The notes below the pieces were generated by a model. That model saw only the letters and a program-made list of their open reading frames with translations. It did no database searches and had not been told where the DNA came from. A stretch of DNA of 64,000 bases, taken from the IMG/VR virus record IMGVR_UViG_3300049718_000055, positions 24,633-88,632 of that record, one strand, 5' to 3'. Source of the stretch: a virus. The number at the start of each line of letters is the position of its first letter. Within the stretch, counting starts at the first letter, position 1. Position numbers and translations under genes: made by a program. Shown piece after piece: positions 33,939 to 43,646 of this stretch.

Positions 33939-34533
33939 TTGATCCTCCTGTCAACTTCGCCCGGAATGCTCCGAGGGTTTGCGTAAGAATCGCCGGAGCC
34001 CCAACCCTCTCAAGGCCGCGGATATAAGAGAAGGCTAGCCGTAGAGCGCATAGATTCAGCCGCGCCTCGCTGTATTGGTCAATCCCCATCACAAATTCGT
34101 GAGCGTGAGCGTGAGATCCGGTAATCCAGTTCTTTGCTTGAGTCCGCCATTCTGCTAGGCGCTTGAATGCTTCTGGGTCGCCACCATCAGAATTATCGGG
34201 ATGCACCTTACGAGCTTTTAGTTTGAAAGCAGAGTCAATTTCGCCAAAGGTCGGCATGGGCGTTTCCAGCCCTAATCCCTGCTGCCAACCAAAGTCTTCT
34301 TTCTTCATCGTCCACCATACCGCCACTCCAGGGTCCAGACGATCATCCCCGGTACGGGTTATTAGAATCGAGGTAGCTCCCATTTTGTCCAGTTCGCCGG
34401 CAAGCATGTTCTGGTACTCTTGACGAGTTTTCTTCCAAGCGTGCTGCGGACGGCGTTCCCTGATGCGGGTCCGCTCACAACCATCCGGCCAGCGCAGTTT
34501 CAGTTCTTCTGCTACTTCAATCTTCTTCGCCAT
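33916..34533 (-). CDS. J-domain (DnaJ-like) phage protein
   Basis: AFKLKARKVHPDNSDGGDPEAFKRL with HPD motif; LRWPDG N-terminus. Confidence 0.85.
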   Translation of the reverse strand: MAKKIEVAEELKLRWPDGCERTRIRERRPQHAWKKTRQEYQNMLAGELDKMGATSILITRTGDDRLDPGVAVWWTMKKEDFGWQQGLGLETPMPTFGEIDSAFKLKARKVHPDNSDGGDPEAFKRLAEWRTQAKNWITGSHAHAHEFVMGIDQYSEARLNLCALRLAFSYIRGLERVGAPAILTQTLGAFRAKLTGGSSAATTTA

Positions 34534-34702
34534 CTTCATCTCCTTCGGTAAACCGCTCACCGCATTCCAAACATTCGTACACAGCGTTTCCGTCATCGTC
34601 CTCGCCAAGAGATTCTAGTTCGTCGCTGCCGCATTCAGGACACACAACGGTTTCTTCTATCTCTTCGTCGTCGTAAAATTCGTCGTCAAGGTCTTCAGGC
34701 AT
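34517..34702 (-). CDS. Small acidic Zn-ribbon protein
   Basis: CPECGS..YECLECG, very Asp/Glu-rich. Confidence 0.7.
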   Translation of the reverse strand: MPEDLDDEFYDDEEIEETVVCPECGSDELESLGEDDDGNAVYECLECGERFTEGDEDGEED

Positions 34703-35336
34703 GGCTATCCTTCCCGAGAAGGTGAGCTTCGTGCATCATGCGAAAGAACTCCATGCCTCGATCATCAGAACTTTTGTCTAGAACAGAATAGGTTGTCGCA
34801 AATCCGCACGAACAAACAACCGCCCTAGATGAACCGATATTGTTTGAGAACACTTCCTGACGGCATTCTGGTACGGATGGTTGCGGCATAACTTTTATGC
34901 GTGGGTAAAACTCCCCAACCTTCGGTTGCTCAGGGTCAGATTCAGTGAATTGCTGTATGCGGGTTACGCTGTGAATAAGGACTGCACCTGATTCCTGTTT
35001 CAGAAGAGTGCATTTGTAGGCTCCACCAGGAGTATAGATGGTGACGACTTCCGGCGCAGCTTCCGGCTCTGGGGCAAGGTACATCCGGCGAACCGTTTCG
35101 ATAGCCTCACTAGACGCCAATCCCCACCACCCTGGACTTGAAACAAGACTCAATGCTAAAGCAACTAGCTTTTTGTCCTGCCAGAGGATGAAGGCTTCGA
35201 GAGCCTTGGGGAGTTTCTGCGCGATGATATGGACAATCACCGGACTATCGTGATAGACCCCATTAGAAGGTTGCAGAAACGCTTCCTTCGCCACCTTCAA
35301 CCCCTCTTCAGGTACTGCGTAGTGTTGCTCGGTCAT
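34695..35336 (-). CDS. Hypothetical protein
   Basis: Start revised to follow the GGGAG RBS. Confidence 0.55.
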   Translation of the reverse strand: MTEQHYAVPEEGLKVAKEAFLQPSNGVYHDSPVIVHIIAQKLPKALEAFILWQDKKLVALALSLVSSPGWWGLASSEAIETVRRMYLAPEPEAAPEVVTIYTPGGAYKCTLLKQESGAVLIHSVTRIQQFTESDPEQPKVGEFYPRIKVMPQPSVPECRQEVFSNNIGSSRAVVCSCGFATTYSVLDKSSDDRGMEFFRMMHEAHLLGKDSHA

Positions 35337-35478
35337 CACTGTCTCCCTCATTTCTTTTGCGTTGCAAGGCGAACTGTATTTTCCTTGACCCCGCCGCCGC
35401 ATCTTCTCTTTGAATCCAGGCGGGCATTTCACATAACCTTTAAACACTCTTCCCATCAGAATTCCTCCAGTTCCACTC

Positions 35479-35822
35479 TCATGGCCTACTCCATCCTCTC
35501 GCTCGTGACTTGTGACTTCGAGAATTACTCTTGTGATGCCTTCGAGGAGTACCGCACTGCGTAGCCGCGAAGAACAGTCCTATAACAACCACAACGGCAA
35601 TCACTACTCCCAGTGCGTTCAAAGTTCCTCCAGTTCTACGGTAGCCACCTTGAACCGCTTCCCGGCGTTGGGACAAGAAATGTCGGTAGGATGCGGATAA
35701 TAGCGGCCCGTTCCTTCAATCCTTGCGTTCTTTGATGTTGCCCACATCTCAACTCCGCATCCTTCGCAACAAATGGAGCGCGGGTACGCCGTCGCCTTCC
35801 CTGCCTTGTCCTCTGCCATCAC
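35479..35822 (-). CDS. Two small hypothetical ORFs (35479-35676, 35619-35822)
   Basis: Packed ORFs, one with a TM helix and one with CxxC. Confidence 0.4.
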
Positions 35823-35959
35823 GGTCTCCGTTTATGGCGGAACTTTTTCTTGCCGCCATTAGAACTCAAAAACATTCCAACGAAAAACAACGCGAGTAGT
35901 CCCACAAAAATCCATCTAGCCATCACTTCAACTCTCCTCTCCCAATCCGGCAGACCGGC

Positions 35960-36262
35960 CTACTTCTCCCTCACCCACCAGCAGTTCTCAACATTGTCCC
36001 GAAGATGCGTACCTGCGGCATTCAACACAAACCGCGAATCCAGCGTTCCAGGCGCCACAATCTCCAAGGACCGCGACCGGTTGCGAGAATCCTTCAGCAA
36101 ACCCTTCTCCTTCAGATGCCCGATATGCTTGGAAACCGTTGCTAATGATTTCAGCCCGAGTCCGTCCGCAATTTCATCGAACGATGGAGAGTAGCGATTT
36201 GTCTCAATGAACCCCTTTATGAAGTCGAGAACTCGTCTTTGACTCTTCGTGACAGCCGCCAT
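35960..36262 (-). CDS. LexA-like DNA-binding domain protein (no protease domain)
   Basis: TKSQRRVLDFI..YSPSFDEIADGLGLKSLATVSKHIGHLKEKGLL..RSRSLEI. Confidence 0.9.
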   Translation of the reverse strand: MAAVTKSQRRVLDFIKGFIETNRYSPSFDEIADGLGLKSLATVSKHIGHLKEKGLLKDSRNRSRSLEIVAPGTLDSRFVLNAAGTHLRDNVENCWWVREK

Positions 36263-36306
36263 TTATTCCCCTCCACTTGATTAGCGTACCACGTTGGCAG
36301 TTTCCG

Positions 36307-36630
36307 TCAAGGGGTAGAGGTTTTCAAATCTTCATCGGACCAAATTTTCACCCTCCCGCAAGGCATAGTGAAACTCTTCGGGTCTGATACGGACTTCTCT
36401 ACGTTCACTAAAGCCCATGCCGCACAATGCTTACACTCGATCTTCCATGAACCTTTGTCGGGAGCCTGCGGGAGTTCTACTGTACAGGAATCTCCCGAGC
36501 ATACTGAAGCCGCTGGAGGAAAACCCCTCCAACTCTTGCGTTCTTTCGCGTTCTCTGGAATAAAGAAGAGATAGTGTTCGCTCATAGATTTTCCAAACTT
36601 TGGAATCAGCCCTTCGGGAATTCCTTCCAC
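36307..36630 (-). CDS. Hypothetical Cys-containing protein
   Basis: ECKHC..DPKSFTMPC. Confidence 0.55.
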   Translation of the reverse strand: MEGIPEGLIPKFGKSMSEHYLFFIPENAKERKSWRGFPPAASVCSGDSCTVELPQAPDKGSWKIECKHCAAWALVNVEKSVSDPKSFTMPCGRVKIWSDEDLKTSTP

Positions 36631-37337
36631 TCGCGGCCGTCGAGCAGCGGAGAATGAACCAGCTTACCGTTGACCTTCATCTGCTTCAGAAAATAAGGAA
36701 CGCCGGCCGCAGAGCATTGGTCTCTCAGTGAACGGAAAGCATTATCGTCCACGTCACGCGAACCGACGCCGCTCTCACAACCTCCAATCACCCAATTTAT
36801 CCCAGTTGGAGGATGGAGCCAAGATTCAACGTGGATCTCTTCGAGAAGAGGCTCTGCGCTAATTCCGTGGACCACCGCTGGAATTCTCGTGATAAGAGGT
36901 ATCCTCTTGTTCGCAGATTCTTGATTCTCCGTGGAAGTCATCAACCACACATTCTCATAGCCGCCACCCCAGTCCGGCGGCAAGCAATCCGCAATCCTCT
37001 CAGCCCTCTTCGTGCAAAGCTGGTAGATGAACTGCGGAGTCCGCCGCATAATATCCCACGCTTCCTCTCTCCACGGGTCCGCTTCCTCGATAAAGAAGTC
37101 AGACCATGAATCAACGAAAATGTACTTGATGTCGGGATATTTCTCAGTGTTCTTCGCCCACCGCAGAGGCGCGTTAAATGTGACCGGGTTTGATCGCACG
37201 ACCACGTTCGGATTCTGTCCGTAGCGCGTCTTCTCCGAAAACATATAGCAGTTCTTGCAGCCGGCGCTTACCTTGTGGCATCCCTGCCAGCAATTCCAAG
37301 TTGCGTCGGTCCACGCGATTCCAGTTTTGCTTCCCAT
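36606..37337 (-). CDS. DUF5131 (Gp37/Gp68) family protein
   Basis: TGIAWTDATWN..GCHKVSAGCKNCY..SAEPLL..WVIGGCESG..FLKQ. Confidence 0.93.
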   Translation of the reverse strand: MGSKTGIAWTDATWNCWQGCHKVSAGCKNCYMFSEKTRYGQNPNVVVRSNPVTFNAPLRWAKNTEKYPDIKYIFVDSWSDFFIEEADPWREEAWDIMRRTPQFIYQLCTKRAERIADCLPPDWGGGYENVWLMTSTENQESANKRIPLITRIPAVVHGISAEPLLEEIHVESWLHPPTGINWVIGGCESGVGSRDVDDNAFRSLRDQCSAAGVPYFLKQMKVNGKLVHSPLLDGREWKEFPKG

Positions 37338-37341
37338 AGAA

Positions 37342-38142
37342 TTACCCTCCGTTTTCCAAAGTTTGGAGTTCGCGCGGATCTGTACCTTTTACGTGCGAGA
37401 GAGTTCCATCTTCAGATCTCGTCCACTGACGCGCTTCATTGATGTCCATTTTCTTACTGACCTCAGTGTGCAAGTCGCATCCAATCGAGTCTGCAATCAC
37501 ACTCAAGCAAATAGCCACGTCCGCCAATTCTTCCTTAGCGTGTCCATGATTCCCGCAATAAAGATCAACCTCAAGCTCGTCTAGTTCTTTCCGTAGACGC
37601 CTCAACCTATCCATAGGGAAACCTCCGCCATCGTTTTTCTTGTACCAAGTTCCAATACGGCGTTGCTCTGCCGAACGAAGACGGGGAGAGGTCTTATTCA
37701 ACTGGCTTCGGATTTCTCCCAAGTCTGCTGTGACTAAATCAGCCATCTTCACCATGAGGTCCGGTTCTCTCATTCCAGGGATGTAGACATACACGTGGCA
37801 GTTTGCGCCTACAGCCCAGCCCATTTCCATCGAAGCACTAGGACCGCACGGCATGACCATCACGCAAGCGTCTGCCTGTTCGAGAGCATCCATGTCTCGA
37901 TGAAAACCCTCAATAGCTCGTGGATTTTTCAGGCCATCAATGTACTTCTGAATATCACTCGGCCATTTCTGCCAATCAGGATCAATCTCCGACCAGTGGA
38001 ATCCTCCCGGCCCGTGGATTCCTTCACCCCAACCGTCACCATCTTCTTTGAAGTCATAGACTCTGTGACCGTCTTTTCTTAGAACCTTTACAACCTCTGG
38101 CTGGAAATCATTTCTCCAAGAACTCGCAACGTAAATGTTCAT
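37342..38142 (-). CDS. Nucleoside 2-deoxyribosyltransferase-like domain fused to MazG-like NTP pyrophosphatase
   Basis: IYVASSWRN..ADACVMV..SASMEMGWAVG; KELDEL..EELADV..KKMDINEARQW. Confidence 0.75.
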   Translation of the reverse strand: MNIYVASSWRNDFQPEVVKVLRKDGHRVYDFKEDGDGWGEGIHGPGGFHWSEIDPDWQKWPSDIQKYIDGLKNPRAIEGFHRDMDALEQADACVMVMPCGPSASMEMGWAVGANCHVYVYIPGMREPDLMVKMADLVTADLGEIRSQLNKTSPRLRSAEQRRIGTWYKKNDGGGFPMDRLRRLRKELDELEVDLYCGNHGHAKEELADVAICLSVIADSIGCDLHTEVSKKMDINEARQWTRSEDGTLSHVKGTDPRELQTLENGG

Positions 38143-38571
38143 TATCCCTCCATATTAGGAATCTTACCATGTTGGCAGATATTTATGTGAGGGGTCTTTT
38201 CCATCTACAAAAAAGAATAAAAGTCCCCACTGACCGCTCGTACTTTGAGCGGACAGTGAACAAGCCGTAGGCGCGTTAGACACACTTCGTCCTTGGGGAA
38301 CAATACCCCAAAACAGAAAATTCAAGCCGAGAATGCCTACGCCTATGCGTGAACGATATTCATCGCTCCGTCGCACCGTACCGAGCTCTCGCCCCCCGCG
38401 TTTTCGCCGGAGCGTAGGTCTTCCCTACGGGTAATGCGGTCCAAGTCGCCACCAAAACCATTTGACTCAGCATCCTTGCTCGTGCTTTTGGATTGAATTG
38501 AGGATTTGGGGCGAAAATACGCGCCGTCGATCTTCTTTTCCTAAGCGAACTAAGAATATACATAAAACCGC

Positions 38572-38740
38572 TTGCAATACAACAGAATTCTGATAATCTG
38601 ATGATGTGGGCGGATGGCCAGACCGTCCTCGCGTCTCTCTTCGATTCCTAAGCAGCTTCGCCCTGTAGACGCCGCCCACACCTTTTACCTCGTTGCTCCA
38701 ACCTATCCTCCAAGCCCCGGCCCCACCGGGGCTCTTTTTT
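38572..38740 (+). ncRNA. Candidate small RNA (promoter, multi-stem, terminator)
   Basis: TTGCAA..TGaTAATCT; GTGGGCGG/CCGCCCAC closing stem; AGCCCCGG-CCCCA-CCGGGGCT-CTTTTTT. Confidence 0.55.
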
Positions 38741-38782
38741 GCCTGTTTTCCACAAATTCTCAATCCGTGAGATACTGCCTAC

Positions 38783-39217
38783 ATGAGACCTCGTAAAATC
38801 GTACTCTGCGTCAACGACAACGAAGACGAACTCTCAGTCCTGAAGTTCATGCTGGAAACCAACGGCTACCGTGTCCTTGCCGCGGCCGGCGGCGAACAGG
38901 CCATCGCTCTCTTCACTGAGCATCAGGTTGAACTCGTGCTGGCCGACTACGACATGCCGCAAATGAACGGCGCCCAACTCGTAAACCGCCTCAAACAGAT
39001 TGCGCCCCACATCCCCATGGTCATACTCGGAGATCCGAAGTCCATGGCCGGCGAGATGCACGATGCCGATGCCCTGCTCTGCAAAAAGACCGTAGCCTCC
39101 GCAGAGTTGCTGGACCGCATCAAAGTCATGGCCGCAAGGAAGCGTGGACCCTCGGCAGAGTATTGTATTCGGAGACGCGAAGCCGCTGCACGACGTAAAG
39201 CACTGGTGGCCGCATGA
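38783..39217 (+). CDS. Stand-alone response regulator receiver (CheY-like)
   Basis: VLCVNDNE..GYRV..LVLADYDMPQMNG..K. Confidence 0.92.
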   Translation: MRPRKIVLCVNDNEDELSVLKFMLETNGYRVLAAAGGEQAIALFTEHQVELVLADYDMPQMNGAQLVNRLKQIAPHIPMVILGDPKSMAGEMHDADALLCKKTVASAELLDRIKVMAARKRGPSAEYCIRRREAAARRKALVAA

Positions 39218-39370
39218 TCGTCCAAATCTGTTCCATAAAACGCGGCATCATCAACCCTCCCGAGCCGCTGGAGAACAGCGAACAAATAGAAGCCCTATGG
39301 TGGGCTCAGGACCATCCTGTAAATTCCACACCTTTAAGCCGCTACAGGGAGAGTGAGATTTTTAGGCAGG

Positions 39371-40261
39371 TCATTGCTGGGAATCGTTCACGATCTGCAT
39401 AATCATTTTGCAAACCTTCGTTCCCATTTCGTAGCGGCCGGAGAAATACTTCGCCAGTCCGGGGTTCCTGGACTCGCCATCCTTGCTGAATGCGAAGCTC
39501 AACGTGCGGTAGAGAATGTACTGCGTCATGCAGTCCGGCACGTAGAAGCCGTCTCCCCACCCCAACGTCTGCGCCTGCCGCTGTGCGTAGATTACCTCCA
39601 ACGGCACCGTGTTCCCCATCCGCGGATAGATGCCGACGTTCTGAATCCCTATCTTGTCTCGAAAGTAGTTAATCGGCTGGCTTAAACCCTGCTGCGTCCA
39701 AGCGTAGTTCATCGAATCAAGGTTCGCCTGAGATGTTTCTCTGAGCGGGTATTGCTGGTACGCGATCCTCACCGGGAAAAGTGAGTCCGCCGGCAGTGCC
39801 GTGTTCTGCGCTGAAGGGGTTACGGTCAGTGTGGCAAGGTTGTAGCAGAGCGGCACGTCGGTGAGAAAGTCTGAGGTTGCGGTTGAGATGTAGGACAGCA
39901 TCTCCGCCTGGGTGAACAAGGGGTCCGTCGGATACCGCACCGGGAACGTGGCGCCGAGTATGGCTTCGCCGGCCGCGTGAGCGTTGGTAAAGGTAGCTGT
40001 GAAGCTCACTCCCACATTGACAGCCGTAACCGTAACAACTTCGAGGTTCCCCCCGGTCACTCCACAGACAAGCTGTGCTCCAACGTAAAGGCATACCGTT
40101 GGAACCCACACTGCTGGGTCGCTGATGGGGATGGTTTGTGAGCCGGCTGAGATTGCCGCGGGAAGCTGCTCGTTCACTACCGGCTGAAAAAGCGCATACG
40201 CACAATCTTGGAGACGATCTACAACTCGCAGGGCTCCCGCGCCGATGACTGGTGTCGCCAT
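39371..40261 (-). CDS. Head-tail adaptor-like structural protein
   Basis: Position; IGIYP..AFSKDGE adaptor-like C-terminus. Confidence 0.6.
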   Translation of the reverse strand: MATPVIGAGALRVVDRLQDCAYALFQPVVNEQLPAAISAGSQTIPISDPAVWVPTVCLYVGAQLVCGVTGGNLEVVTVTAVNVGVSFTATFTNAHAAGEAILGATFPVRYPTDPLFTQAEMLSYISTATSDFLTDVPLCYNLATLTVTPSAQNTALPADSLFPVRIAYQQYPLRETSQANLDSMNYAWTQQGLSQPINYFRDKIGIQNVGIYPRMGNTVPLEVIYAQRQAQTLGWGDGFYVPDCMTQYILYRTLSFAFSKDGESRNPGLAKYFSGRYEMGTKVCKMIMQIVNDSQQ

Positions 40262-40615
40262 CTATCCCTCCATCTCCAATAAGTCTACGGTCTGTCCTGC
40301 AAGAGAGTGTGTGCTATCTCCAAGAAACTGAATCTTTCCGTCAGTTACAAATGAGTGGCAACGGACACAGACAAAAGAAGGTTTTTCTTCGGGATGCTCC
40401 GCATTGTAGGTACACCAGCAAGTTTTTCTTTCAGGATTTCGGTACGGATCGTAATGTCCAGATTGGAAGAGAACACTCGGTTGGAAGGTTGGGGAGTCTA
40501 CGCTTCCGTTCCACGTCCAAGCTCCATCGCCGCTCACCCGTAGAGTGTGCGTCCTTCCGCAACCAGGGCAATTGAAAGAGGCTCGACCTTCTGGTTCAAG
40601 ACTTAACTTTGCCAT
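40262..40615 (-). CDS. DUF6527-like Zn-binding protein
   Basis: CPGCG..WTWNG..PTFQPSV..CHSFVTDGKIQFLGDSTH. Confidence 0.8.
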   Translation of the reverse strand: MAKLSLEPEGRASFNCPGCGRTHTLRVSGDGAWTWNGSVDSPTFQPSVLFQSGHYDPYRNPERKTCWCTYNAEHPEEKPSFVCVRCHSFVTDGKIQFLGDSTHSLAGQTVDLLEMEG

Positions 40616-40617
40616 AT

Positions 40618-41328
40618 CTACACCGCCGTCCTTGGGTTTACTTGGCTCTTCGCGCCGAAAGCCGCCGAAAGCACAAGCGAATCGATCCGCGTCTGGAAAA
40701 GGCTCAAATTCTTGACCTCGGACATATACTCCGCGAATACCGTTGCGGCCTCTTCCGCCTCCTGGCCGGCCTCTTTAGATCTGAGCATTGCCGCCGCGTA
40801 CTTGCTCAACAAGTCACTGAATTCCTGCTGAAGAGGGATGGTCTCGTTTCCGGTTAGCGGCCTTGATTGATTGATCGGGCTGTAGAGGAAGTCCATCACG
40901 ACGTTCTGCTGCTGAGTCAGTTGCGGATAGATGAAGAAACCAGACACTCCAAGCGGCCCCCAACTGATAATCTGCGTCCCCGGAGCCTGAGACTCCCATC
41001 CAGGGTTCATGTCGTCAAGGCTCTTCAGGGAGCTTTTCCTGATCCCGTAGGGTGCCTTCATCCTCAACGGTGCCACAATACCCTCTACAACCCCCGCTGG
41101 CAGGCTCCCTAAGCCGCCGGCGCAGGCTTGCAGGGGAAACCATGTCCTGTTCGCCGAAAGCGTAACCTGCACCCCTGTAAGCTGGACTACGCCCGTAATC
41201 AGTGACGCCTCGAAGATCCCGTCTACCATCGCAGGGTAAATCTCTCCCACGGTGTTCCAGAAAATTGTGGCACCGGGGACTTCTTCGATCCGGCCGCAAA
41301 CGTCATTTAAGAGGTCACTGAGAACCAT
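40618..41328 (-). CDS. Head-tail adaptor-like structural protein
   Basis: LDDMNPGWES..FIYP; position. Confidence 0.6.
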   Translation of the reverse strand: MVLSDLLNDVCGRIEEVPGATIFWNTVGEIYPAMVDGIFEASLITGVVQLTGVQVTLSANRTWFPLQACAGGLGSLPAGVVEGIVAPLRMKAPYGIRKSSLKSLDDMNPGWESQAPGTQIISWGPLGVSGFFIYPQLTQQQNVVMDFLYSPINQSRPLTGNETIPLQQEFSDLLSKYAAAMLRSKEAGQEAEEAATVFAEYMSEVKNLSLFQTRIDSLVLSAAFGAKSQVNPRTAV

Positions 41329-41397
41329 GGTTTACCTTCCTACAGCAAAGCCGCCTCGGTTTCCCAAAGCGGCCTTGATTCCAAAATTTGGACCGCC

Positions 41398-42480
41398 TTA
41401 ATCCACGATGCTGTAGTAGAAGCACGTCTGGCCCGTCGTTGAAGTCAACGTCACTGTGAAGCTCGTACTTGCTACGATAGCCGACACTGACCACGGCGTA
41501 GTAACCAGCGGGATAACGCACGTCGGAGTGGACGGGAGATCAGCCGCAAACGTGATCGGAGTCAGAAAGATTCTGCTGTGCGTTGTTACCGCTGTTGTGT
41601 TTACAGTGTAGGTTGCTGTTAAGGTTGGAATGACAAACGCACCCGCCGCTGCCGACGCGCAAGCTCCGGGAGAGGCTGAGTTGATAGCGCAGTTGGTCGC
41701 CGTCGAATGCGTTGCCGCTGACTCGTTACCGGGGGTCACAATGTTTACCCCAGTGCCCATCGTTAGAGCGGTAGCAGTAAGGTTCATACTCAGTGTTGGA
41801 ACAGTGTTTGTGTACCAGTTGAAAACCGCGTTTCCGGTCACTAAACCAGCCCCATAATCCATCTCTGCATCGGTCGTATATTCTGACGTGGCATCAGCGT
41901 TGATAAAGTAGACATTCGCAATGTTGCGGCTTGACCCTGATCCATTCTTGCTCAAGTTTGCATAGTGGGTTGTGTTAGTCATGTCGTCGCCACCTATGAC
42001 GTATGCGCATGAACCCTGCACGTTCTTGTCTTGGCAGACTACCTGGATGTAATCTTGTGACCCCGATGTTCCTACATAAGACATAAGGGTTCCCGGATAT
42101 GCGACGAGACTCATGACTGGACCAATCGCAAGATACGTTCCTGAATCGGTCCACGAAAGATTCGTCACATCAAAAGCGGTAGTGCTTGCCGCCGACTGAT
42201 AGGGAACTGCTGTGGCCGATCCGCCTGCAAGGTTGGTAGCAGTGGTAGATGCGCCAGACGCCAACACAGCCCAAGTACCAGTTCCCGCCGTGATATTCTG
42301 GCAGGAATACTGTACCCCGGTCGTCACCAACTGCTGATTCGCCACACCCTGTGCGCAAGCTCCCGATGGGGCGCTGGAGACGATGAGGACTCCACCAGTG
42401 ACATTGACAACGCCGGGGTTGCTTATCTGCCCCCAAGCCGCCGATGAAATAATGATTACCAACCATGCAATGCGTTTCAT
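41398..42480 (-). CDS. Fibre-like protein with N-terminal signal-peptide-like sequence
   Basis: MKRIAWLVIIISSAAWG-Q; Thr/Ala/Ser beta-rich; VNTTAVTTHSRIFLT C-terminus. Confidence 0.6.
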   Translation of the reverse strand: MKRIAWLVIIISSAAWGQISNPGVVNVTGGVLIVSSAPSGACAQGVANQQLVTTGVQYSCQNITAGTGTWAVLASGASTTATNLAGGSATAVPYQSAASTTAFDVTNLSWTDSGTYLAIGPVMSLVAYPGTLMSYVGTSGSQDYIQVVCQDKNVQGSCAYVIGGDDMTNTTHYANLSKNGSGSSRNIANVYFINADATSEYTTDAEMDYGAGLVTGNAVFNWYTNTVPTLSMNLTATALTMGTGVNIVTPGNESAATHSTATNCAINSASPGACASAAAGAFVIPTLTATYTVNTTAVTTHSRIFLTPITFAADLPSTPTCVIPLVTTPWSVSAIVASTSFTVTLTSTTGQTCFYYSIVD

Positions 42481-42490
42481 TTTTCTGTCC

Positions 42491-43018
42491 TCAGATGATG
42501 ATCGTTGCTATTCCAGCCTTGTCGTTCAACGTGCCGGCAATCCACGCTTCCGAAGTCCTGATTGAGTTCCACTGCGGTATTCCGAAGTTGTAAGAACCGG
42601 ACGGAGAAATGTACGCGAAAGCACTACCTCCGCCTACGTTCGTCACCGTGCCGTCCGGACCAAACCAGATATTCCCTGAATTCGAGCTAGGCGCCTGCAC
42701 CGACAAAACCGCACAGGCAAGGCTCAACACGATCTGCGTTCCGTTTACCCATTTCGATACCGGAGCATTGCCTTCGGAGATGCACGAAAGAATGTTGGTT
42801 GTCGTGTTGACCCCATCAACCATCAGGCAGTTCGTTGGATTCGATCCGCCGTAACCGAGAACGATCCGATCCCCGATCTGGTACTGAGCGGCTTTCGCAA
42901 CCGCTACGAAGTAGAATCCGTTCGGCTGTTGAAGATTACTGAAATCCGCAGTGAGCTTGTCCCCGAAAAGAGGCTGAGCGGCGCCGATAAGAGTTTGCAA
43001 TCCCCACGATCTAATCAT
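42491..43018 (-). CDS. Putative structural protein
   Basis: Beta-rich; GGAGGAG RBS. Confidence 0.55.
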   Translation of the reverse strand: MIRSWGLQTLIGAAQPLFGDKLTADFSNLQQPNGFYFVAVAKAAQYQIGDRIVLGYGGSNPTNCLMVDGVNTTTNILSCISEGNAPVSKWVNGTQIVLSLACAVLSVQAPSSNSGNIWFGPDGTVTNVGGGSAFAYISPSGSYNFGIPQWNSIRTSEAWIAGTLNDKAGIATIII

Positions 43019-43221
43019 GGCCGGTTCTTCTCCTCCCACATAGCGTTCCCTGGTTTCGGAGATTCAAACGCGCACTCGTCAAAGCCGCAATGTGTCCTGC
43101 TCGGCGCCCGATGCAAGTCAAACTCCGTGTCCCGAGGAATTGAGTTAGACTCTCCCAAAACATCATGCGGATACCGCCTATGACGAGGGACTTCCATTTC
43201 CTTTGGTTCGCTCTTTTTCAC
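43015..43221 (-). CDS. Hypothetical protein
   Basis: Translationally coupled ORF. Confidence 0.45.
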   Translation of the reverse strand: MKKSEPKEMEVPRHRRYPHDVLGESNSIPRDTEFDLHRAPSRTHCGFDECAFESPKPGNAMWEEKNRP

Positions 43222-43589
43222 CGATGTACCTCCCCTACTGTTACGCCGTGAGACATGCGCTCACTCGGTGGCGTCTGCCAGTTCTCTCGCGGCTGCTTCG
43301 GACGGTCCCAGTTCGACCGATCACAGTTCAAAACCACACTCGAACACCCATGCTCTACCTCAAGCCGCTGAAGATGCTGCATACTCGTCACGTGGACCAG
43401 CTTCCCTGTAATCGCCGTTGTCACAAAGTCGAACGCGCTCTTCGCCATGGTCGGCAACACCGGAGCCTCATAGAAGCAGTCCTTGCAAAAGAACGCCTTC
43501 CTGGTGGGAGAGTAGATGAACTCGCCGCCGCTGTACGTGGTGTGTTTGGGGCAGGCCGGGTTGCCACACATTGTTCTCTTGAAAGCCAT
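43218..43589 (-). CDS. Zn-ribbon protein
   Basis: CGNPAC..CKDC. Confidence 0.6.
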   Translation of the reverse strand: MAFKRTMCGNPACPKHTTYSGGEFIYSPTRKAFFCKDCFYEAPVLPTMAKSAFDFVTTAITGKLVHVTSMQHLQRLEVEHGCSSVVLNCDRSNWDRPKQPRENWQTPPSERMSHGVTVGEVHR

Positions 43590-43646
43590 CGTGTACCTCA
43601 GAAATCATTATGCCCCGTAGGGCAGACCGGCTTCAATCAAAAACCG

